64,000 bases of DNA from Vulcanimicrobiota bacterium (GTDB taxonomy: Bacteria; Vulcanimicrobiota; CADAWZ01; Ess09-12): the NCBI GenBank assembly GCA_031082125.1, contig JAVHLM010000029.1, positions 1,478-65,477 on the forward strand, given 5' to 3'. Every line of letters starts with the position of its first letter. Position 1 is the first letter of the stretch. Below, one piece after another: positions 48,787-58,229 of the stretch. The translations under genes were made by a program, and so were the position numbers. The notes beneath the pieces are model-generated. The model saw only the letters and a program-made list of their open reading frames with translations. It searched no databases and had not been told where the DNA came from.

Positions 48787-49553
48787 TCTTCGTCTATCTC
48801 GTCAACGTTGTCTCCGCCGGACTCCTCTTCCTCTGCAGGCTCCTCTGCGCCGATCTCTTCATCAACCTCCCTCTCAATATCTTCCACCGAGGGGGGCCCG
48901 GGCCTCTCATCTTCATCCTCTGTGAGCCCGCTGTGCCTGTCGAGATCTTTTTCATCTGAAGAAGGAGAATCCGGTTCAGGGGACTCCTCCTTGCAGCGGG
49001 ATTCATAGAAGTGAAGAGCTGTCTTCCCCACGAGCTGCACGCTTCCATAGTTGAGTGCGCCGCCGGCCAGGGTGGTGAGGAACGGCGCCATCCGTGATGC
49101 CGACTTCCTGGCGAGGGAAGTCACCACTTTCCTTATGAGCATCTTTACGAGTCTTCTTGTGACATGGCCCTCAAGCATCTTCTTGATTCCGTAGGTGCCT
49201 GCCACGGCTCCCACAGAAGCCCCAAGGCAGCCGAGCACCTCCATGGCGCGCTCCCTGCCCGCAGGGTCAAAGCCGAAAAGGTAGGCTATCTTGAGAACCA
49301 TTCTGCTCTGGAGACCAAGAAGCATAATGAGATCCGGCGCCACAAGGATCATTGTCCAGGGCCAGGGGAACGCGGCGGTGGTCCCGCCGATGAGCCCGGC
49401 GAAAAAAGCGTCTTCCTCGATGACTTTAAGGCAGAGCTCATGAGTGGTGAGATCGGGGTGCTCATCGCGGAGCTCCCTCACCTTCAGCCTGACCTTTGCC
49501 GCGTCGATATCGCGGAAAAGCTTGTCCAAGAGGTCCATCCCGTTGTCTTCCAT
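48783..49553 (-). CDS. EcsC-like family protein with a poly-acidic C-terminal tail
   Basis: Weak resemblance to the EcsC family (..VIEEDAFFAGLIGGTTAA..). C-terminal about 60 aa is D/E-rich (EDEDERPGPPSVEDIEREVDEEIGAEEPAEEEESGGDNVDEIDED). Confidence 0.4.
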   Translation of the reverse strand: MEDNGMDLLDKLFRDIDAAKVRLKVRELRDEHPDLTTHELCLKVIEEDAFFAGLIGGTTAAFPWPWTMILVAPDLIMLLGLQSRMVLKIAYLFGFDPAGRERAMEVLGCLGASVGAVAGTYGIKKMLEGHVTRRLVKMLIRKVVTSLARKSASRMAPFLTTLAGGALNYGSVQLVGKTALHFYESRCKEESPEPDSPSSDEKDLDRHSGLTEDEDERPGPPSVEDIEREVDEEIGAEEPAEEEESGGDNVDEIDED

Positions 49554-50041
49554 CGTCGCTCCTCCTTATTTCCGGCCGTAGGTTACGGTCCTGGGTACTT
49601 ATCATTTCTCCCTGCTGCGGGGCCTTTCCTTTGAAAGGCTGCAAAAAATATTACAAAATCGCAACAATTTGGCAATACCTGCCTGCTATAATAAGGATGA
49701 ACTGTGCGGGGAGCACAAGGCCAGCGACCAGGGGCTGGGGGCTGAAAGTGAAAGAGGGACAAATGACGTTCCCTTGGTCAGCCAGACCCTGATCACTGGC
49801 CTTTTCAATCTGCCTGCCTCCCTGAACCCCTCGACTCACCCTTAATTAATCTCTCCTCTCTTCTCTTGAACCTGCCAATCCATATATTCCAGAAGTCCAC
49901 AGGCGATATTTATCCCCCCCTGACCATGAAATACTCCCCTTCAAGAAGGGTTTTCCCCGGAGGTGGCGAAAAGATTCACCGCTTTGGGGAAATAAGAGAA
50001 AAGTATTTATTTTCCCCGGCATTTCTATTATAATAAAGAGA

Positions 50042-51754
50042 ATGAACATGAATGCACCCGGGCTGACTTTATCTGCTCACGAGGCGTCCAGGGTTTCTTC
50101 TGCGCGCGCTTTTCCCTATGTACAGGGCTCCCAGGCCGAGCTTTCTCCTCTTGGATGGTGGCACCGCGGCGACGCAGAGCTACGGAGGGGAGACGCCGCT
50201 CTGCGGGAAGCCCTGCTGAATGTGAGAAAGTCCTTTCTTCTCATTGCAGACGACGGGGGATTCTCAGTGACAAGGAAGGATCTAAGGGAATCATGCGCCC
50301 ATGGTGAAGATACCCTCGCCGTGGCGGCATATGTGCCTCCAAGCCACCCGGAACTGCTTGGAGATGCTGCGTTCATGGAGTTCCTCGGTATCCGCTATCC
50401 ATGCATTGCCGGCTCAATGGCCCATGGCATAAGCTCCGTTGAGATGGTTGAATCAATGGCTGCCGCGGGGATGCTGGGCTTTTTCGGTGCGGGCGGCGAG
50501 ACAGCGGCAAAGGTAGAGCAGGCCATAGACCGCCTCAGCGTTGCACCTGGCACCAGGCCATTCGGTTTCAACTTCATACACAGCCCCGGGGAGCCCGCCA
50601 TGGAAGAGGCCCTTGCAGACCTTTATCTCCGGCGCGGCATAAGGCTCATTGAGGCTTCGGCCTTCATGGACATCACGCCCGCCCTGGTGAGATACCGCGC
50701 AGCGGGACTGTCAGAAGGGCCTGACGGCTCCATAACAGTGGCAAACCGCATCATTGCAAAAGCCTCCCGGGCCGAGGTGGCCACGAGGTTTTTCTCGCCG
50801 CCTCCTCAGGCGGTGCTTGAAGAGCTTGTCTCATCGGGCCGCATCTCGGAAAAGCAGAAAGCCCTGGCAGCTGTGATCCCTTTGGCCGATGCCCTCACCG
50901 CCGAGGCTGATTCGGGTGGGCACACCGACAACAGGCCCCTCGTGACGCTCCTTCCCGCCATGTGCGCCCTCCGCGACGAGCTGCAGAAAAAATTCGGCTA
51001 CAGACAGAAGCTGCACGTGGGCGCAGCGGGAGGGATCTCCACTCCTGCTTCGGCTGCTGCCGCATTCACCATGGGAGCCGCATACATAATGACAGGCTCG
51101 GTGAACCAGTCCTGCATAGAATCCGGGACCTCCGAAGCCGTCCGGGACCTTCTCTCAAAGACAAGGCAGGCTGACATCACCATGGCCCCCTCGGCAGACA
51201 TGTTCGAGCTGGGGGTGAAAATACAGGCCATCAAGACAGGCACCATGTTTCCCATGAGGGCGGCAAAGCTTTACCAGCTCTACCAGACCTGCGCGAGCCT
51301 GGAGGAGATCCCGCCGAAAGAGCGGGAAACCATAGAAAAGAATTTCTTCCGGGCATCCTTTCAGGAAGTCTGGAATCAGACATGTGAGTACTTTCTCGAA
51401 CGGGACCCGGGCCAGATTGATCTCGCCGGGCAGAACGCCAGACACAAGATGGCGCTTCTCTTCAGGTACTATCTTGGACAGTCGGCACGGTGGGCAATCC
51501 TCGGTGAGCCTTCAAGGCAGCTGGACTACCAGATATGGTGCGGCCCCTCGATGGGAGCCTTCAATGAATGGGTGAAAGGCTCGCCGCTCGAGCATGTGAA
51601 GCGGCGCAAAGTTGCCCTTGTCGCCCTGAACCTGCTCCACGGAGCCGCTGTTGCCATGAGGCTTGCCCACCTGAGAAGCCAGGGTATCGACCTTTTCCAA
51701 GTGGGGAGCCCCAGGCCTCTTGAAGAAGAACAGCTTGCCAATTACCTGAGTTAA
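50042..51754 (+). CDS. pfaD: PfaD-family trans-acting enoyl reductase (FMN-dependent 2-nitropropane-dioxygenase-like) of a PUFA-synthase-type cluster
   Basis: 570 aa; ...IAGSMAHGISSVEMVESMAAAGMLGFFGAGG... and ...VGAAGGISTPASAAAAFTMGAAYIMTGSVNQ... are typical of the PfaD family; lies immediately upstream of the megasynthase genes. Confidence 0.85.
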   Translation: MNMNAPGLTLSAHEASRVSSARAFPYVQGSQAELSPLGWWHRGDAELRRGDAALREALLNVRKSFLLIADDGGFSVTRKDLRESCAHGEDTLAVAAYVPPSHPELLGDAAFMEFLGIRYPCIAGSMAHGISSVEMVESMAAAGMLGFFGAGGETAAKVEQAIDRLSVAPGTRPFGFNFIHSPGEPAMEEALADLYLRRGIRLIEASAFMDITPALVRYRAAGLSEGPDGSITVANRIIAKASRAEVATRFFSPPPQAVLEELVSSGRISEKQKALAAVIPLADALTAEADSGGHTDNRPLVTLLPAMCALRDELQKKFGYRQKLHVGAAGGISTPASAAAAFTMGAAYIMTGSVNQSCIESGTSEAVRDLLSKTRQADITMAPSADMFELGVKIQAIKTGTMFPMRAAKLYQLYQTCASLEEIPPKERETIEKNFFRASFQEVWNQTCEYFLERDPGQIDLAGQNARHKMALLFRYYLGQSARWAILGEPSRQLDYQIWCGPSMGAFNEWVKGSPLEHVKRRKVALVALNLLHGAAVAMRLAHLRSQGIDLFQVGSPRPLEEEQLANYLS

Positions 51755-51765
51755 AGGAGAATACC

Positions 51766-54700
51766 TTGAAACGCGAATCGACGCTTACCCCCGCCCCCAT
51801 CGCAATCATAGGCATCGGCTGCGTATTTCCCAAGGCGGAGGACCTCCAGGAATACTGGTCCACCATAAAAAACGGAATTGACGCCATCACCGATATTCCT
51901 CCCACGCACTGGAGCGTGAATGACTATTTTGACGAGAATCCCAGGGTCCCCGACATGACTTACGGGAAAAAGGGCGGGTTCATATCGCCCATAGACTTTG
52001 ATCCCATGGAATTCGGCATCACGCCCAATTCCCTCGAGGCGACGGACACCTCGCAACTGCTGGGCCTGGTGGTGGCAAAGAGAGCCCTCGAGGATGCCGG
52101 GTACGGCAACGGCAAAGAGTTCAACAGGGAGCGCACAAGCGTTATCCTGGGTGTTACGGGGACCCTGGAGCTTGTGGTCCCCCTGGGTGCAAGGCTGGGC
52201 CACCCCATCTGGAGAAGGGCTCTCAGAGACGAGGGAGCTGACAGCGATCTCACCGAGCGCGTGGTGAAAAGAATTGCCGATTCCTACGTGGAATGGCAGG
52301 AAAGCTCTTTCCCCGGGCTCCTGGGAAACGTGGTGGCAGGGAGAATTGCCAACTACTTCAACCTGGGGGGGACAAACTGCGCGGTGGATGCCGCCTGCGC
52401 AAGCTCCCTCTCGGCTCTTCACCTGGCGGGGCTTGAGCTCTCATCAGGGAGAAGTGATATGGTCCTCACCGGGGGCGTTGACACCTTCAATGACATCTTC
52501 ATGTTCATGTGCTTCAGCAAAACCCCGGCCCTCTCACCCACGGGCAACGCGCGGCCTTTTGACTCTTCCTGTGACGGAACAGTCCTCGGCGAGGGCATCG
52601 GGATGATAGTGCTCAAGCGTTTTGAAGATGCGAAGAGGGACGGCGACAGGGTCTACGCCGTCATAAGAAGCATGGGGACCTCAAGCGACGGCAAGGGCGC
52701 CGCGGTGTTCGCCCCCCAGGCCGGCGGGCAGATAAGGGCGATGAGGGAGGCATACCGCATCTCTGGAATAGAGCCCCGCACCGTGGAGCTCATGGAAGCC
52801 CACGGAACAGGCACGAAGGTAGGAGACCTCACAGAGTTCACTTCCATTAATGCTGTCTTCAACGAGGGCGGAAGCGCCGGCGCCTGGTGCGCCCTCGGTT
52901 CCGTGAAGTCACAGATTGGCCATACGAAAGCTGCCGCAGGCATCGCAGGAATCATCAAGGCCGCAATGTCCCTTCACCACAAGGTGCTGCCTCCCACGAT
53001 CAAAGTGAAGAAACCCTTTGATGAGCTGCTTGCCCAGGGGACGCCCTTCTACCTGAACACGCAGAAGAGGCCCTGGATAGGCAGCACCTCCCATCCCAGG
53101 AGGGCCGCCGTGAGCTCCTTCGGCTTCGGCGGGAGCAATTTCCACTGCGTGCTGGAAGAGCCATCACCGGTGAAGCTCTCCACAGACTGGGACGGCCGTG
53201 TGCAGATTGCCGCCCTGTCGGCTTCTAGCCCCGGCGGGCTCGAAGCCTCCCTCGATGACTGGAAAGGCGGAATCTCATGGAGAGAGCTCTCTGAGAAATC
53301 CGAGGCCACACGGAAGACCTTCGACTTGAAAGAGCCCTGCAGGCTTCTGATGGTCTTTGAAAGAGAGGGCGCAGAGCCCCACAAGGTCGTCTCGAGCGCC
53401 CTCGTGATGCTTGGAAAGCACCCTGAAAGGAAAGCGTGGAACACGCCCGAGGGAGCATTCTACGGAAGCGGAGCCCCTTCGGGGAGGCTGGCGATCCTCT
53501 TCCCAGGGCAGGGCGCTCAGTATACAGGCATGCTCAGGGACCTCGCCTCGCAGTTCCCTGAAATGCTCGCTGTCCTGAGAGATGCCCATGAATCATTTGC
53601 CTCCCTGGCTCCCGAAGAATTGGGGGCGGGCCTCGTAAATTACCTCTATCCCCACCCTGCCTTCAGCGAAGAGGAGAAGCAGAGGCAGGAGCGGGAGCTC
53701 CGCGATACCCGCGTGGCGCAGCCCGCCCTCGGTGCCGTAAGCTACGGAGCCTGGAAAGTCCTGGAGCACTTCGGCATAAAGCCGGAAGCACTGGGCGGCC
53801 ACAGCTACGGCGAGCTTGTCTCCCTCTGCGTGGCAGGCTCAATCACCCCGGAAGAGCTCTACCATCTCTCCTCTCTCAGGGGGAGCCTGATGGTCGAGGG
53901 GAAGGACGACCTGGGCTCAATGCTCGCCGTGCAGCTCGAGGCGGGGCTCCTCTCTGACATCATTGAGAAGGAGCGCCTTGACCTGGTCATTGCCAACCAC
54001 AATGCCCCCCAGCAGGCGGTGCTCTCTGGAGCCACCGCTGAAATAGAGAGGGCAGCCGCTGTCATCACTGCAATGGGCATAAGGAATACAAAGCTTACGG
54101 TCTCCGCAGCCTTTCACAGTCCCCTCGTGGCCGATGCCCAGGCTCCTTTTGCCGCGGGGCTCGACAAGGTGCCTTTCAGGTGCTGCTCCATCCCGGTCTA
54201 TTCCAACACGACGGCCTGTCTGTACCCGGATGATCCCGGAAAGACCAGGGCCCTTCTTGTCGGCCACCTGGCAAAGCCCGTGCGCTTTGTTGATGAGATC
54301 CTGGCCATGTATGACTCCGGCGTGCGGACCTTCCTTGAAGTGGGGCCCTGCGCGAGGATGACAGGCCTCGTCAAGGCCATACTCAATGGCAGGGGTGACT
54401 TCGAGGCCTTTTCCATCGACGGGTCATCAGGGAAAAGGCACGGTACAGGCGACCTGGCCAGAGCCCTTGCTGCTCTTGCCGCAGGAGGGCATGCGGTGGA
54501 CCTTACCCTCTGGAACCCTCTCCAGAGAAACATCACAACCGTTGATCAGCAGAAGAAACGCATGACAATACCCCTCTGTGGGGCCAACTACGTGAATCCC
54601 GCCAAGAAGGCTGCAATTAGTGAGGAAGGAGCACCGGAGAGGAACAATGGCACAGAGGCCCCAAGGACTGCGGCGCCGAAGCCGGAGAGCAGCGAAAAGG

Positions 54701-57700
54701 CTTTCTCTGCCGACAGCCCCCGGAAACAGTCCATGGTGGAGCTGCTCAGGCTTACCCAGCAGAACATAAAAGCTCTCCAGCAGATACAGGAGCAGACGGC
54801 CCTCATGCACCAGCAGTTCCTCCAGAACCAGGACAAGGCCCTTCACACTTTCCAGCAGATAGCGGGGCAGCAGCAGCACCTGCTGCTGGCAGCCCTCGGC
54901 AGGGAAGCTTCAGCCGCACCGCTCCCGCTGCCGGAAATCAGAGAAGCAGCTCCGGTCCTGATGAAAGAGCCACCGCCTGCAGCATCTCAGGAGGCGGCTC
55001 CCGCGGGAGACTTCGGCAAGCTCCTGCTTGAAGTCATCTCCGAGAAAACAGGGTACCCCGTGGAAATGCTTGAGCCGGGCATGAGCCTTGATGCCGACCT
55101 GGGCATAGACTCCATCAAGCGAGTCGAGATATTCTCGGCCCTCAAGGAACGCTATCCCGCGATGCCCGGCCTGAGATCCGACGAGATGGCCCGGATGAAA
55201 ACACCGGGAGACATCATCAAGCACATGAGCACGAGCGGGAATCCCGGCACCCTCCGCCCTTTCGATAATCCCCGGGGCGGGGGTATTGCGGAAAGCCTGC
55301 TTTCCATCATTGCGGAAAAAACAGGCTACCCTGCCGAGATGCTGGACCTGGATATGAGCCTTGACAGCGATCTGGGCATAGACTCCATCAAGCGAGTCGA
55401 GATATTCTCGGCCCTCAGGGAAGCCCATCCAGACCTTCCGGCCATCAAGTCCGACGAGATGGCTGCATTGAAGAGCCTCAGGGAGATCGTGCTGTTCCTT
55501 GACGCCAGGAGCGTCACCTTTTCGCCGCCTCCCGTGCAGGAAAAGCCGGGAGAGCTCCTTGCTGCCCTTACCGACCTTATTGCGGAAAAAACAGGCTACC
55601 CTGCCGAGATGCTCGAGCCCTCAATGAGCCTCGAGGGAGACCTGGGAATAGACTCCATCAAGCGAGTCGAGATATTCTCGGCCCTCAGGGAGCGCTTCCC
55701 CTCAATGCCTGCCGTGAAATCCGACATGATGGCCCTGATGAAAACCCTGAGCGACATTGTGGCTTTCCTGGAAGGTGAAGCCCCCCGGGACGAAAAGCCG
55801 CTGCAAGGACCTGCCACGGAGATGCCCATGCCAGAGCCCCGCGAAGAAGGAGAAAAGCAGCTCAAGCGGCTTGTGCTCATCACGCAGATGCTCAACGGGG
55901 TCTCCGGAAGGGAAAAGCTCGCCTTGCAGGCCGGATCCGAAATCTGGGTCACCGATGACGGGTCGCCTTTTGCCTCGAGCCTCGCTGAGATTCTTGAGGC
56001 CATGGGATACAGGCCGCACGTCGAAAAAATTGAAACCTTGCTCCGCCAGGGTGCGCCCCCCTCTCTCGGAGGCCTCCTTATAATAGCCCCATCGGGCGCT
56101 ACAGAAAGCAATTTCCTCATGAAGGCCTTCAAGGTCCTTAAGGAAGCCTCTCCCGCTCTCAAGGAGAGCGCGCGGGAGAGGGGTTCATTCTTTGCCACCG
56201 TGTCCAGAATGGACGGCTGCTTCGGCCTGGGCGGCATGGACCTTAAGGGTGAGCCGCTCTCGGGAGGCCTGGCGGGCCTTACAAAGACTGTGCGCCATGA
56301 ATGGCCCCAGATCTGCTGCAAGGCTTTTGACGTGCCGGCGCACCTTCATTCCTCCAGGGAAGTTGCTTTGGAGCTCATCGAGGAGCTTTTCCTGAAGGGC
56401 CCGATTGAGGTGGGCATCTCTCCGAAGGGCCGCTGCACCCTGGAGCTTTCTCTCACAGGCCGCAACGGCACGGGCTGTGTCCCGCCCTTCTCCCGCGATG
56501 ACGTGGTTATCGTCACAGGCGGCGCGCGGGGCGTCACGGCTGAATGCGCCGTGCAGCTCATAAACCGCCTCTCCCATGATGAGAAACCAGCACTGGTGCT
56601 CCTGGGAAGAAGTCCCGAGCCGAAGCCTGAGCCTGAATGGCTCGGCGGGCTCACCGGCGATGCCGAGATCAAGAGAGCCCTCATGGTCCACAGTGGAGGA
56701 AAGGCCACGCCCGCCTCTATCCGCGAGGAGTACGGCAGGATCGAGGCGCAGAGGGAGATTGCCTCGACGCTCTCCCGGATAAGGGAAGCCGGCGGCAGGG
56801 TCTTCTACCGCTCAGTTGACATCAGGAATCCTGGGGAGCTCAGGGCAGCCGTGGAAGATATCCGCGCCACTGCAGGCCCCATAAGGGGGCTGGTCCATGG
56901 CGCCGGCGTCATTGCTGACAGGCTCATCGAGGACAAGACCGACGAGGAGTTTGAGCGCGTATACTCCACCAAGGTCGAAGGCCTCAGGAATCTCCTCGCC
57001 CTTCTCAGTGACGACGAGCTGAAGATCCTCGTGCTCTTCAGCTCATTCACCGGGAGGTTCGGCAGGGTCGGCCAGGCTGATTACGCCGTTGCCAACGAGG
57101 TGCTCAACAAGCTGGCGCTTTGGCAGTCAAGGCTGCGGCCGCGATGCCGCGTCGTGGCCCTCAACTGGGGTCCCTGGGACGGCGGCATGGTGACGACTTC
57201 CCTGAAGAAAATCTTTGAAAAAGAGGGGGTAGGCCTTATCGCCCTCGAGCAGGGCACGGAGATCTTCATCAGGGAGCTCTGTTCCTCACCTGATGCCCCC
57301 GTGGAAGTAGTGATACTGGGAAGCGACACCGGAACGGGCTGCGCTCCGGCCGAGTACACCACGGCTTTCGAGAGCCTCCTGACCATTGAAGCCTTTCCTT
57401 TCCTGAATTCCCATATTCTTGACGGGCAGGCCGTGCTCCCCGTGGCAATGATGCTCGAATGGCTCTCCCATGGCGCCCTCGTGGCAAATCCGGGTCTCAC
57501 CTTTTACGGGGCCGACAATCTTCGAGTGCTCAAAGGCCTCAGGATCATAAAATCGGAGTCCAGGACCATCAGGGTCGTCACGGGAAAAGCGAAGACCGCA
57601 GGAGATTTCTTCACTGTCACCGCAGAACTCCAGAGCGATGAAAAGGGCACCCCGCCGGTAATCCATGCCCGCGGTGAGATAGTGCTTGCGGCGAATATCC

Positions 57701-58215
57701 CAAAAGGTGAGAGAAGCCTTACCGGCACCGATCTTCCGGCCTATCCCTTCGACAGGGAGGCTCTTTACAGGGAGTTCCTTTTCCATGGAAGCGATTTCCA
57801 GGGCATAGAGAAAGTCGAGGGCTCGTCGGCGCAGGGAATCAGGGCTACGGCCCGCACCGCGCCGAAGCCTTCAGCATGGATAAAAGAGCCCCTCAGGAAC
57901 AGGTGGATCACCGATCCCCTTGTCATTGACTGCAGCTTCCAGATGATGATTCTGTGGAGCTTCCAGAAATACCAGTCAGGGTCACTGCCCTGCTATGCCG
58001 GCAGCTACCGCCAGTTCAGGTCCTTTCCCAGGGGGGTCGTGAGCATTGTCATAGGCATCACCGGTGGAAATGAGCACAAAGCCCTTGCCACCATAGAATT
58101 CGTCGATCAGAAAGGAATGCTCATCGCAAGGATGAAAGGCTACGAGTGCACCATTCTCCCCTCGCTGAAGAAAGCCTTCGAAAACAACAGGCTCACCCAG
58201 GAAGCCATGCGCTAA
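51766..58215 (+). CDS. pfaA: PUFA-synthase-type multidomain PKS subunit: KS - AT - 3x ACP - KR - PKS-type DH (PfaA/Pfa2-like)
   Basis: KS active site VDAACASSLSAL; AT GHSYGELV; three ACP motifs LGIDSIKRVEIFSAL; KR Rossmann VTGGARGVTAECA; DH ...HILDGQAVLPVAMMLEWL. Confidence 0.9.
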   Translation: MKRESTLTPAPIAIIGIGCVFPKAEDLQEYWSTIKNGIDAITDIPPTHWSVNDYFDENPRVPDMTYGKKGGFISPIDFDPMEFGITPNSLEATDTSQLLGLVVAKRALEDAGYGNGKEFNRERTSVILGVTGTLELVVPLGARLGHPIWRRALRDEGADSDLTERVVKRIADSYVEWQESSFPGLLGNVVAGRIANYFNLGGTNCAVDAACASSLSALHLAGLELSSGRSDMVLTGGVDTFNDIFMFMCFSKTPALSPTGNARPFDSSCDGTVLGEGIGMIVLKRFEDAKRDGDRVYAVIRSMGTSSDGKGAAVFAPQAGGQIRAMREAYRISGIEPRTVELMEAHGTGTKVGDLTEFTSINAVFNEGGSAGAWCALGSVKSQIGHTKAAAGIAGIIKAAMSLHHKVLPPTIKVKKPFDELLAQGTPFYLNTQKRPWIGSTSHPRRAAVSSFGFGGSNFHCVLEEPSPVKLSTDWDGRVQIAALSASSPGGLEASLDDWKGGISWRELSEKSEATRKTFDLKEPCRLLMVFEREGAEPHKVVSSALVMLGKHPERKAWNTPEGAFYGSGAPSGRLAILFPGQGAQYTGMLRDLASQFPEMLAVLRDAHESFASLAPEELGAGLVNYLYPHPAFSEEEKQRQERELRDTRVAQPALGAVSYGAWKVLEHFGIKPEALGGHSYGELVSLCVAGSITPEELYHLSSLRGSLMVEGKDDLGSMLAVQLEAGLLSDIIEKERLDLVIANHNAPQQAVLSGATAEIERAAAVITAMGIRNTKLTVSAAFHSPLVADAQAPFAAGLDKVPFRCCSIPVYSNTTACLYPDDPGKTRALLVGHLAKPVRFVDEILAMYDSGVRTFLEVGPCARMTGLVKAILNGRGDFEAFSIDGSSGKRHGTGDLARALAALAAGGHAVDLTLWNPLQRNITTVDQQKKRMTIPLCGANYVNPAKKAAISEEGAPERNNGTEAPRTAAPKPESSEKAFSADSPRKQSMVELLRLTQQNIKALQQIQEQTALMHQQFLQNQDKALHTFQQIAGQQQHLLLAALGREASAAPLPLPEIREAAPVLMKEPPPAASQEAAPAGDFGKLLLEVISEKTGYPVEMLEPGMSLDADLGIDSIKRVEIFSALKERYPAMPGLRSDEMARMKTPGDIIKHMSTSGNPGTLRPFDNPRGGGIAESLLSIIAEKTGYPAEMLDLDMSLDSDLGIDSIKRVEIFSALREAHPDLPAIKSDEMAALKSLREIVLFLDARSVTFSPPPVQEKPGELLAALTDLIAEKTGYPAEMLEPSMSLEGDLGIDSIKRVEIFSALRERFPSMPAVKSDMMALMKTLSDIVAFLEGEAPRDEKPLQGPATEMPMPEPREEGEKQLKRLVLITQMLNGVSGREKLALQAGSEIWVTDDGSPFASSLAEILEAMGYRPHVEKIETLLRQGAPPSLGGLLIIAPSGATESNFLMKAFKVLKEASPALKESARERGSFFATVSRMDGCFGLGGMDLKGEPLSGGLAGLTKTVRHEWPQICCKAFDVPAHLHSSREVALELIEELFLKGPIEVGISPKGRCTLELSLTGRNGTGCVPPFSRDDVVIVTGGARGVTAECAVQLINRLSHDEKPALVLLGRSPEPKPEPEWLGGLTGDAEIKRALMVHSGGKATPASIREEYGRIEAQREIASTLSRIREAGGRVFYRSVDIRNPGELRAAVEDIRATAGPIRGLVHGAGVIADRLIEDKTDEEFERVYSTKVEGLRNLLALLSDDELKILVLFSSFTGRFGRVGQADYAVANEVLNKLALWQSRLRPRCRVVALNWGPWDGGMVTTSLKKIFEKEGVGLIALEQGTEIFIRELCSSPDAPVEVVILGSDTGTGCAPAEYTTAFESLLTIEAFPFLNSHILDGQAVLPVAMMLEWLSHGALVANPGLTFYGADNLRVLKGLRIIKSESRTIRVVTGKAKTAGDFFTVTAELQSDEKGTPPVIHARGEIVLAANIPKGERSLTGTDLPAYPFDREALYREFLFHGSDFQGIEKVEGSSAQGIRATARTAPKPSAWIKEPLRNRWITDPLVIDCSFQMMILWSFQKYQSGSLPCYAGSYRQFRSFPRGVVSIVIGITGGNEHKALATIEFVDQKGMLIARMKGYECTILPSLKKAFENNRLTQEAMR
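55010..55770 (+). repeat. three tandem ACP-domain repeats (period about 270-275 nt) with long stretches of 100% nucleotide identity
   Basis: The 41-mer atagactccatcaagcgagtcgagatattctcggccctca occurs identically at about 55105, 55378 and 55648. The 35-mer attgcggaaaaaacaggctaccctgccgagatgct occurs at about 55310 and 55579. Confidence 0.8.
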
Positions 58216-58229
58216 AGGAAGCTATCCCC

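Noticed and set aside
49626-49645. Hairpin GCCTTTC-CTTT-GAAAGGC upstream of the EcsC-like gene
   Set aside because: A 7-bp stem with no adjacent U-run on either strand. It is not a convincing intrinsic terminator and could be random.
55010-55770. Possible CRISPR-like direct repeats
   Set aside because: The repeats are in-frame ACP domains of a PKS with a period of about 270 nt and no spacer/repeat architecture. No cas genes are present.
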